Shown here piece by piece: positions 40,401-47,256 of a stretch of 47,256 nt of DNA; the stretch's first letter is position 1, and each line of letters begins with the position of its first letter. The position numbers and the translations under genes were made by a program. This stretch comes from a virus (taxonomy: Duplodnaviria > Heunggongvirae > Uroviricota > Caudoviricetes): the IMG/VR virus record IMGVR_UViG_3300042563_001894; one strand, written 5' to 3'. The notes beneath the pieces are model-generated. The model searched no databases. It saw only the letters and a list, made by a program, of their open reading frames with translations, and was not told the DNA's origin.

Positions 40401-40495
40401 TTAAGATATGGAACATAAATTGTTCTGTTTCTCCACTAAATACAACTATAAGTATAAATGTAGGAATAAACTTTAATATAACTTGTCCACAATAA
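37430..40495 (+). CDS. Baseplate wedge protein, T4 gp7 / P2 gpI-like, with extensions (1021 aa)
   Basis: ILQIYGRSFDE...IPSQLLKNLSQTLGW...LFKSKGTRKSIETLMRLIG matches the gpI/gp7 KGT..(S/A)I..L motif and its context. Confidence 0.65.
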   Translation: MAIEKFTCPPQTASGAGTFSDNLVGFQLVAGGGLTQGNFEFTRGVKEKSNRTFTTGAFSNPINLDSMGVNSVVQSKVIFENNFKVYPNFDLTEVTNFTSYGSMVKRISTSVEMIISKFPAALEVTFMDENYLTGATATNISYNPIVNETSIDLDISRIRNPFDIDFTVNATRNLELREIQVSPLRNMTNQFAKYSLYYGGVGFDVTHIEPTTSSTTGTLRIYLKGDVFPGQTQTQDDLVIRPNDYQVNRVLNEDLDEVQRFLLNRNVVPIYTATFQVPNENDDGTFYIQNKLVTWPLYGNWNLDILTNSFTIYLTTLNEISLSFDGYQTNLVSRFLTTDSLKEFDTSDQKIEKILQIYGRSFDETKKFINGLAYMNSVNYNTGNDIPSQLLKNLSQTLGWATNMSPITNEDFLGSVFGQKNVDKSAFSGVGQSQTPDELNYQYYKNLVLNSAYLFKSKGTRKSIETLMRLIGAPDALIDFNEYVCLADQRINMSEFDSQYAKISGGTYSKTLPTLESGYTFNIQGVQYSGFTTTSVLQEVDLSKGDYPISDSGYPMSPGNSETYFYQMGAGWFESTPKHRSLEQPDLTNSVFTGSNPNYQTKLAPFTYGQEYLNVYKSFPFTDLGYNIRTAVDNNKTWVDSEIGDRNNLDGGYNALYNVGAEGLVINVKNIDLYLNPSQGLSYDVWYMSRQYNFPINNQGLGYVAPTRCNPNPVSSYPHNGGVDSTLINPQPRKETFFEFAQTFWKNTINVRNRQFATDGGTSGYPTLSSIYWNYLQSESLAGIPNDNFTYKTMIEYVEGMGDYWIRLVEQMIPATTIWNTGVKLENSIFHRQKFVWRRQRGCALVPIICKPCKFTGSVYQLNCDVWYTLCNRYPENVMEFDSFSGVFSDVINQWETDNGIDVGSCYRDGTIVSEWFVDISINGTNIIQDVFFDGVGYSNPVGYLCSDAMPCVSAWETALNNSLSTLILMGYDYRYERSVNDEIGSPPTKVKIWNINCSVSPLNTTISINVGINFNITCPQ

Positions 40496-40498
40496 AAA

Positions 40499-43400
40499 AT
40501 GCCTTGTAATTTAACATATAACGCTAGTATAACAGGAGATTGTGCTAATACTAATTCAGGTTCGTTCACCATTGATATTATTGGTGAAGCTCCTGATTAT
40601 ACCATCCAATGGTTATCACCATCGGCAACAACTATTTCATTAGGTCCAAGCGCGACAACATATAACGCAACAAGTTTATCCGCAGGAACGTATTCATTCA
40701 ACATTATTGATAGTTGTGCTCCAACCAATACAATATTACCGGTAAATATTATTATATCTAGTGGAACCTGTGTTACAATAACATCAGCAACCAACACATT
40801 ATGTGGGTTCAATAATGGTTCTCTAATTGCGTCAACAATTAATGCGTATGATATATCAACTTTTAGTTTATATAATAATACAACAGGGTTTGTATCCTCA
40901 GGGGCATCATATTCAAACACATTTGAATTCACAACAATACCTTATGGAACTTATTATGTGATTGCTGATGACGGAGGTGGTTGTACCGGGAAGTCTGAGA
41001 CTTGTATTATTAAAAATTCAACAACAATTGATTATGGTTTCTACATTGTAAACGATGCGGGATGTGCAGTTAATTCCGGAAAAATGTTTATTTCAGGATT
41101 AACAGGTAACCCACCATATACGTATTTATGGTCTGACGGTAGTGTTGGGGATTCTATTTCTAATTTATCGACAGGGACATACTCTGTGACAGTTACAGAT
41201 AATACAGGATGTAGTATAAGTAAAAGTGGGTTTGTTGGTAAAATAGAACCCGTTGGTTTTGGTGTTGCTTATTTAACACAACCGACTTGTTTTAGTAGTG
41301 ATGGTGAAGTTAGTATAACTATAACCGGCGGTACACCACCATTTTATTACTTAGGGTCAAATGGTGTAACAAATATTACTTTTGACAGAACTGTTGTCTT
41401 TAGTGGATTGGGTGCTGGAGGATTTACAATTCAAGTTACTGATGCCGGGTTATGTACGTTTACAGCAACAGTTACTCTACAAGTTCCTATGGGGATATCT
41501 ACAGTTTCTGTTAATACAAGAAACTCAAAGTGTAATGATTCATCAGGAGCAATAGGTCCTATTCAAGTTTTTGGTGGGGTTGCTCCTTATACATTTACTT
41601 TAACAGATTCTGACGGTAATTCAGACAGTCAAACACCATCAGATAGTGGTACTTGGATTTTTGATTTTTTATCGTCAGGAACATATTCATTAACAGTATC
41701 TGATTCAGGTTCTGCTTTATGTGTATTTATGGGGACTTACGTCATTAATAATGATGTTGTGTATGATTTAACAGTTACCACAACCGGAACAACTTGTAAC
41801 GGAAAAGATGGGTCGGTTAAATTGGAAATAACTTCAGGTGGAACTCCACCTTATTTGTATACAATTAATGGTAAATCTATATCAACTTCATTTACGTCAT
41901 ACACTTTTACTAATTTATTTTCAGGTAATTATATTGCAAATGTGACAGACGCATTGTTATGTAATCAATCATCTCCGTTTACCATTGATGGTTCAAATAC
42001 TATTGATTTTCATTTATTAAGTACTGACTCTATTAATAGTAATGGTTCGTTAACATCTTATATAACAAACGGGACACCACCGTTTACATTATATTTTGAT
42101 GGAGATACTGTTGGAACTACTGTTATGGAAATAACTGATTTACCTCCGGGTGATTATGAGGTTAGAATTGTAGATAGTTCAGGGTGTTCAAAAGCGAAAA
42201 GAATGGGTATTAGGGGAGATAAAGTCTACGAAAACCAAGTAGGTTATTCTAATGTTTGTTTAGGTGAATTAAACAAACCTATGAAAATTTACTCAGGTCC
42301 TAGACAATATTTAAATGAGGGATATGCCGAATTAATTATAGGGAATGAAAATTGTCTTTTAACTCAAACAATATTCTCAGCGTCAACAGTCATTGGTGAC
42401 TGTGTTAATTCCGCAACATTCTATACAGGGTCTACATTGCAGGATTACCCTTCAGATAATTTATGGTACTCAACAATCGCATCATTGATTGAATCGTGCC
42501 CTCAAATTGGTCCGGGAAATGTTGATATTAATCCATTAACAAATGAAATAACAATCTCAACAAATTGTGAACCGGAATCGTTACATAATTCTAATGTTTT
42601 AATTAAAATGAGAATTGATTACGATATTGAATGTGAATTTGGTTGTCTTACACCAACACCTACTCCTACAAATACTACGACAGTTACGCCTACCCAAACT
42701 CAAACACCAACTAAAACTCCGACAAATACGCCAACTCAAACACAAACACCAACTCATACTCCAAGTCAAACACCAACAATTGGGTCTATACCTCCAACTC
42801 CAACACCAACACCAACAAATACGGCTACAGTTACGCCTACAAATACTCAAACCCCTACTCAAACTAAAACTCCTACTCAGACTCCAACTAAAACTCCGAC
42901 AAATACTCCAACTCAAACTCAAACCCCAACTCAAACAATGACAATGACTCCAACACCGTCTTCTAAGAAAACGTATTACGCTTATTTAATATGCGGAGAA
43001 AGACCGAATAAAACTACTGTAGTTATTCAACCGGTTCCTGCGGTTCCGGGTAACGTTGTTGGTGGTGTTATTTTGGACTTTACAAATAAACTTTGTTGGG
43101 AATTGAAAGAGATTTCTAGTGATTTAGCTCAATTAGAGAACAATTGGGGTGGAACAACTTATGATTATAATTGGTTTGACGATGTGTCGCCAACAATATA
43201 TACAGGTAGTGATGGGGTTAAACCTTGTGAAGAATGTGTTAAACTGTTAGATACTGTTATTGTTCCTGTTAAATCAAACTGTCCTACTAAATTAAGAAAT
43301 TGGAGTGATTGTGCTAGGTCTAACGCAAGTGGTAATATATATATTAATGATATTTTAATCTATTCATTTGATTCAACCTTTGACGCTAATGTATTTATTA

Positions 43401-44071
43401 GTACTTTAGGTACAAATGAGGGTGACGTTGTAAAAATTGTATTAACACCAAATGTAACTAATAGTGTGGTTACTTTAAATGTTACGTATAATGGAGCATC
43501 AGTATTTTCTCAAACAAGTAGTAATAGTGAAATTGGTTTTGTGTATACGGTTAGGTGTGATAAAAAATCAACCACTCAATACAACATTGATATCTTTTCA
43601 ACTTGTAAAAAGGGAGAACCATCAATAACATTATACAGTAACACATATACTGAAGGAAATGTTATTCCAACAGCGTATTATTCATCGTTTTGTTACCAAT
43701 TTAATGACTCTCCTGAGATGAATTGGATTTTAAATTCGTTCGATGTTTCAAATGTTGTGAGTTATGAAATACTTTGTGAAGATATAGATGCTTCAGGTAG
43801 TAGTCCTGATGGATATTTCATCCATTGGTGGGTGACGGATATTGACCCGACCCAATTAAACATACCTATAAATGGTAATTGGAATAGTGGTAATGTTCAA
43901 CCAACAGATTATGGTTCAGGTGATAATTTTAATGGATGGAATGGACCTTGTCCACCTTCAAATCCGGTTCATAATTATAGAATAAGAATATCGGCAACAT
44001 TATTAAATGGTAATGTTATTGATAGTAACTACTCAACATTTACTGCAGGTTGTATATACCCATTCTGTTAA
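40499..44071 (+). CDS. Putative tail appendage/adhesin: ~7 SprB-like repeats, Cys-module, Pro-Thr linker, C-terminal PEBP (YbhB/YbcL) domain (1190 aa)
   Basis: Repeats of C...DG.I...GG.PPY.Y...F..L..G.Y...VTD..GC. C-terminus has IHWWVTDI...[18 protein letters not shown]-family motifs. Confidence 0.75.
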   Translation: MPCNLTYNASITGDCANTNSGSFTIDIIGEAPDYTIQWLSPSATTISLGPSATTYNATSLSAGTYSFNIIDSCAPTNTILPVNIIISSGTCVTITSATNTLCGFNNGSLIASTINAYDISTFSLYNNTTGFVSSGASYSNTFEFTTIPYGTYYVIADDGGGCTGKSETCIIKNSTTIDYGFYIVNDAGCAVNSGKMFISGLTGNPPYTYLWSDGSVGDSISNLSTGTYSVTVTDNTGCSISKSGFVGKIEPVGFGVAYLTQPTCFSSDGEVSITITGGTPPFYYLGSNGVTNITFDRTVVFSGLGAGGFTIQVTDAGLCTFTATVTLQVPMGISTVSVNTRNSKCNDSSGAIGPIQVFGGVAPYTFTLTDSDGNSDSQTPSDSGTWIFDFLSSGTYSLTVSDSGSALCVFMGTYVINNDVVYDLTVTTTGTTCNGKDGSVKLEITSGGTPPYLYTINGKSISTSFTSYTFTNLFSGNYIANVTDALLCNQSSPFTIDGSNTIDFHLLSTDSINSNGSLTSYITNGTPPFTLYFDGDTVGTTVMEITDLPPGDYEVRIVDSSGCSKAKRMGIRGDKVYENQVGYSNVCLGELNKPMKIYSGPRQYLNEGYAELIIGNENCLLTQTIFSASTVIGDCVNSATFYTGSTLQDYPSDNLWYSTIASLIESCPQIGPGNVDINPLTNEITISTNCEPESLHNSNVLIKMRIDYDIECEFGCLTPTPTPTNTTTVTPTQTQTPTKTPTNTPTQTQTPTHTPSQTPTIGSIPPTPTPTPTNTATVTPTNTQTPTQTKTPTQTPTKTPTNTPTQTQTPTQTMTMTPTPSSKKTYYAYLICGERPNKTTVVIQPVPAVPGNVVGGVILDFTNKLCWELKEISSDLAQLENNWGGTTYDYNWFDDVSPTIYTGSDGVKPCEECVKLLDTVIVPVKSNCPTKLRNWSDCARSNASGNIYINDILIYSFDSTFDANVFISTLGTNEGDVVKIVLTPNVTNSVVTLNVTYNGASVFSQTSSNSEIGFVYTVRCDKKSTTQYNIDIFSTCKKGEPSITLYSNTYTEGNVIPTAYYSSFCYQFNDSPEMNWILNSFDVSNVVSYEILCEDIDASGSSPDGYFIHWWVTDIDPTQLNIPINGNWNSGNVQPTDYGSGDNFNGWNGPCPPSNPVHNYRIRISATLLNGNVIDSNYSTFTAGCIYPFC
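42650..42962 (+). repeat. Pro-Thr/Thr-Gln low-complexity linker with internal duplication
   Basis: ACAGTTACGCCTAC at 42680 and 42827; CCAACTAAAACTCCGACAAATAC at 42707 and 42884. Confidence 0.9.
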
Positions 44072-44073
44072 TA

Positions 44074-44109
44074 AATAAAAAAACCCCCTTAATTGGGGGT
44101 TTTTTTATT
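44074..44109. terminator. Bidirectional intrinsic terminator between convergent operons
   Basis: AATAAAAAAACCCCC-TTAATT-GGGGGTTTTTTTATT perfect inverted repeat, giving U-tracts on both strands. Confidence 0.9.
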
Positions 44110-44707
44110 ACCATAAATTTTCTTGATTCATATGACCTAAGACACAACAATAAGCGTCTGTTTGGTCGAAGTTCTCTTTTTTAAGAGTGTTGTTTCTTGT
44201 GTATTGCCAAGTGATTTGGGGTTCTTTTTTGGCTATTAATTCCCATATGATTTGTTTTTTATCAATGTCTTTTGGTAGACCACCAAATAAAACAAACTTA
44301 CCTTTATCATTTTCTTTAACTAATTCGGGGAAGGCGAACTTACGAGAGTTATATGTTGATATGAAGTCAGGAACTACCCCTAAAACGTCGTAAATTTCTT
44401 TTGTGACTAATGTGTTAAACCTTAATAAAGTTTGGACTGTATAGACGTTATTTGAGTTTAATAGAGGTTCCTCAATAATAACTTTAGTGATACCCATATC
44501 TTTGTACTCTAAAAGTTTGGTTCTAAAGATTTCACCTTTAAGAAGTAGTTCTTTTATTTTATTATCTTCCTTTGGTTTTGGTGTTGGTGATACGTGGGTT
44601 AGTTCTAATAATTCTCTACTTTGTATGTCAAATAATGCCCAACCAATAGTTTTGGTTGATACATCAAGCCCTAAAACTTTAGGGCTTTCTTTTAATGTTT
44701 TTTTCAT
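44108..44707 (-). CDS. ruvC: RuvC-like Holliday junction resolvase
   Basis: VLGLDVS (D), VIIEEP (E), KKQ, FDQTDA (D..D) catalytic pattern of the RuvC/RNase H fold. Confidence 0.82.
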   Translation of the reverse strand: MKKTLKESPKVLGLDVSTKTIGWALFDIQSRELLELTHVSPTPKPKEDNKIKELLLKGEIFRTKLLEYKDMGITKVIIEEPLLNSNNVYTVQTLLRFNTLVTKEIYDVLGVVPDFISTYNSRKFAFPELVKENDKGKFVLFGGLPKDIDKKQIIWELIAKKEPQITWQYTRNNTLKKENFDQTDAYCCVLGHMNQENLW

Positions 44708-44710
44708 ATG

Positions 44711-47134
44711 TTAAAAATCAAATTTTACTAAAAACTGTTGAATCCCCTGTCTAAGAATAGGTGATTGTAGCTTTGATACAATCATAAGATTCATTTTGTC
44801 ATCGTAAAGCCCAATTTCTGAAATATATGGTGAGACACCTTGTGACCAAGTTGGGTTTGATGAACGTTGAAATTCTGCTTGACCAAGGTTTATCTTATAT
44901 CTCATTTCATAGATAGTTGCTTGGATGTCGGTTTCTAATGAACCATAGAAATAATATTCGTCACCAAAATTAAGAGTAGGTGTTGTAAGATTTATTGGTG
45001 TTTTAGGTGGTAATGAAATGTAATTATTTAAGTTGTATTTTGTTGCGACAGTAGAGTTAAGCATATCGCTAGTTATAACAAATGTGTTCCCTGTTAATCC
45101 GCTTTGAGTTATATAACCATTTACTGTTGACGCACTTAATTGGTTTGTAAAGTTAATTATTGTCCAAGCGTTTGACAAAGGTCTACTACCGTCCTCAACT
45201 ATTTGACAAATAATTTGAAATTTATTTGCAATATAACCACCAAAAAGTGAATTATTTGTTATTTGATTTAAACAATTAAATTCTCCACCAAATCTAACAG
45301 CAACGTTTTGACTACCCGGAGTTCCACAGTCAACGTTTGGTCCGGATATGGTTGAGTAGTAATTACAATGTAATGAATTAGTTGCTCCTGAGGTTGTATT
45401 TGTTAATAAATAACTAACATACATAGTTTGATTAGCACTTGTTAATACACCATTAAATGACCCTTCTTTTGAACTACAACTATTTGGAACGATTAGTGAT
45501 GTTGTTGCTGCCGGTAAAGTCCAGTTACGGTTTGATTTATATGATAACGCCGCAATCAATTCTTCATCATCTATAATTATTATTTTTTGGTCAGGGAATA
45601 CTTTACCAACTCTATTTGGTAATCCACTACTACTATTTTGGTGAGTGTCCCATAAAAAATAATATCGAATACCCGGATTATTCATATCACTACTTTTTGT
45701 TGATTTAATATAGTGAGGTTCAAAAACGTTAATTAATACCTTGTCTTCAGGTGGACTAACATAAAATGTTTCACCAAAACAACATTCAGGGTTTTTATGC
45801 CACATTAACCAAGGTAAATGTAGTTTAAAGTTTCTAGCGTCTCCTGTAATATCTTCAGGGATTGTTCCACTAATAGGTTGTTCTAATGCAAATTTTTCAC
45901 CATAAAAGAAATCAATAGATTGGTTTGTGTAATGAATAATTGCGATAGCTTTTTGTTCTTTAGGTGCGACTGTTATTTTATTGTAAAATGAGTCGTAGTA
46001 ATAAACTGAATCTTCAACATCGCCCGCCATATTAACAAAAGTTTGTCCACTATCGGACATATATCCTAAATATTCTTTAGTTCCAATGTATGATTTAGAG
46101 TTAAATGTTTTATAATCTTGAGAAATAGTGTCAATTAATCCCGCAGGATTCTCCGACCAAGGAATATTCATATTCCAAACTTTAACGTCAAATTCGTCTG
46201 TATTACAAACAGATTCATAATTAATTACATCAGTGTTCCAATGTGGTGACGGTGTAATACTGTCATATAAATCAGTCATATTTGGCGGATACACTAATGT
46301 TCTAACATAAGAACATCCGGAGGCAATATATGAATAGTTTGGTGTTACTCTATCTAATGTTACAACATTTAAACAAATATCGACAATTCTGTATGTTAAT
46401 ATATTGTAACAACTATTAACATTTACAAAACTATTAATAATTGGTGTTGGAGTACAACCTGTTGGTGTTGTAACGCAACAAGATGATGACGGTGTTGGTG
46501 TTGGATATATGATACAAGCGTCGTATGATGGTGTTGGTGTCGGTGTTGGTGTCGGTGTTGGGGTAACAGAAATTGGTTCAGTGGTACAAGAACTTGAATT
46601 ACCGTCAAAATAAATTGTTATTAAATCACCTTTAGCTGGTAATCTAACAATGGTTGAATCACCGCAAGCTGAGTATATTATTTTAATGTTTGTTCCTCCG
46701 GTAAATGTTGAAATATCAACAACGTAGTTAGAATCAATCACATAGTTAGTATCGGTTAATGCACTCCAATTAGATGTGGATGAATCTCCACTAAAAAAAC
46801 CTCTCATTGTTGCTCTATTATATATTGGAGAAACCGCTGGGTCTGAAAATGGAATACCAAACGTATTACTGTCATCAGGGTCAACGTAAATTGGATATTT
46901 TACATTTTGTTTATTACTTTGTCCCGGAGCGGAATTTTGTGAATTAAAATTAGGTTCTAATATATTGTTACTAGATTGATTGTAAGATGTTCCGGTTAGT
47001 GTATTATAAGACACTTCACTATCTCCAACTTGGAAATACGAAATGTTAAAATTACCTTCAGATAGTTTTTGTCTAGCTGTGTCGGTTAATCTTGTACTAA
47101 TTAACGCTGATGTGTTTTTAATTATATATGCCAT
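44711..47134 (-). CDS. Baseplate/tail-fibre attachment protein (P2 gpH N-terminal-like) with large insertion (807 aa)
   Basis: N-terminal RLTDTARQKL...ISYFQVGDSE and C-terminal YISEIGLYDDKMNLMIVSKL resemble the two ends of gpH-like tail-collar domains. Confidence 0.55.
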   Translation of the reverse strand: MAYIIKNTSALISTRLTDTARQKLSEGNFNISYFQVGDSEVSYNTLTGTSYNQSSNNILEPNFNSQNSAPGQSNKQNVKYPIYVDPDDSNTFGIPFSDPAVSPIYNRATMRGFFSGDSSTSNWSALTDTNYVIDSNYVVDISTFTGGTNIKIIYSACGDSTIVRLPAKGDLITIYFDGNSSSCTTEPISVTPTPTPTPTPTPSYDACIIYPTPTPSSSCCVTTPTGCTPTPIINSFVNVNSCYNILTYRIVDICLNVVTLDRVTPNYSYIASGCSYVRTLVYPPNMTDLYDSITPSPHWNTDVINYESVCNTDEFDVKVWNMNIPWSENPAGLIDTISQDYKTFNSKSYIGTKEYLGYMSDSGQTFVNMAGDVEDSVYYYDSFYNKITVAPKEQKAIAIIHYTNQSIDFFYGEKFALEQPISGTIPEDITGDARNFKLHLPWLMWHKNPECCFGETFYVSPPEDKVLINVFEPHYIKSTKSSDMNNPGIRYYFLWDTHQNSSSGLPNRVGKVFPDQKIIIIDDEELIAALSYKSNRNWTLPAATTSLIVPNSCSSKEGSFNGVLTSANQTMYVSYLLTNTTSGATNSLHCNYYSTISGPNVDCGTPGSQNVAVRFGGEFNCLNQITNNSLFGGYIANKFQIICQIVEDGSRPLSNAWTIINFTNQLSASTVNGYITQSGLTGNTFVITSDMLNSTVATKYNLNNYISLPPKTPINLTTPTLNFGDEYYFYGSLETDIQATIYEMRYKINLGQAEFQRSSNPTWSQGVSPYISEIGLYDDKMNLMIVSKLQSPILRQGIQQFLVKFDF
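46430..46600 (-). repeat. Pro-Thr linker with interspersed Cys
   Basis: [52 protein letters not shown]; GGTGTTGGTGTC tandem units on the + strand. Confidence 0.85.
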
Positions 47135-47139
47135 ACTGT

Positions 47140-47146
47140 ATAAATA
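47140..47146 (-). promoter_or_regulatory. TATTTAT motif on minus strand
   Basis: ATAAATA on + strand, 5 nt upstream of the minus-strand ATG at 47134. Confidence 0.45.
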
Positions 47147-47161
47147 TTCTGTGTTTTATTA

Positions 47162-47254
47162 TTAGTTAATAATTATTGAACAACAATCGCATCCACTAAT
47201 AACCGGATTACTAATTGAGTAGTTATCGTTACTATATCCAACAACACATTTTCC
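47162..47254 (-). CDS. 3' end of a minus-strand gene truncated by the window edge
   Basis: Open frame GKCVVGYSNDNYSISNPVISGCDCCSIIIN*, Cys-rich like other structural C-termini here. Frame choice is by composition only. Confidence 0.5.
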   Translation of the reverse strand, partial: GKCVVGYSNDNYSISNPVISGCDCCSIIIN

Positions 47255-47256
47255 TG

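Noticed and set aside
809-41000. Other short nested or antisense ORFs in the track (e.g. 809-1045, 1284-1574, 16778-17050, 19811-20116, 31811-32044, 40597-40932)
   Set aside because: They lie within long, motif-supported genes, show no recognisable motifs and have no plausible leaders.
42599-42941. Antisense and alternate-frame ORFs (111 aa and 108 aa) over the PT linker
   Set aside because: Shadows of low-complexity repeat DNA (WSLS/LQLR repeats).
1-47256. Stop-codon reassignment (code 15/4) as seen in some jumbo phages
   Set aside because: Long ORFs are intact in code 11, and TAA, TAG and TGA all appear as genuine stops.
1-47256. Bacterial eCIS/T6SS locus or eukaryotic giant virus
   Set aside because: Co-occurrence of tail chaperone, TMP and baseplate genes with gp32-like SSB, UvsX, gp41-like helicase and bacterial-type terminators and promoter indicates a tailed phage.
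1-47256. tRNA, rRNA, IS elements, integrase
   Set aside because: No cloverleaf, rRNA-like, terminal-inverted-repeat or recombinase signatures were noticed; intergenic space is minimal. A tRNAscan run was not possible.

Overview
AT-rich, densely coding segment of a large contractile-tailed (myovirus-like, probably jumbo) dsDNA phage, read in standard code 11. No capsid, terminase, sheath, tRNA or CRISPR features are in the window. Left arm (+): end of a tail-assembly chaperone with a probable programmed frameshift, tape measure protein, a tube-initiator-like protein with an inserted OmpA-like domain, a LysM wedge protein, a giant 2307-aa baseplate hub and two small unknowns. A terminator and a consensus TTGACA-N17-TATACT promoter then open a replication/recombination cassette: gp32-like SSB, RecA/UvsX, 5'-3' exonuclease, unknown, DnaB-like helicase, nrdB, nrdA. 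After a UUCG terminator the baseplate module resumes: gp25-like, gp6-like, a membrane alpha/beta hydrolase, five extra large structural genes (one with a multi-helix hydrophobic block), a gp7/gpI-like wedge, and a 1190-aa SprB-repeat / Pro-Thr linker / PEBP (YbhB/YbcL) fusion. A bidirectional terminator separates this from a minus-strand arm carrying a gpH-like fibre-attachment protein and ruvC. Lack of Shine-Dalgarno sequences, SprB repeats and the RNR type suggest a Bacteroidota host (inference). Best candidates for new biology: the SprB-PT-PEBP appendage, a baseplate decorated with envelope-interacting modules, a +1/-2 G/GT-type frameshift at TTT-TTT-CGA, a repeat/hairpin switch in the recA leader, and a TATTTAT promoter-like motif. 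All protein family calls come from motifs recognised by eye; no database searches were run.
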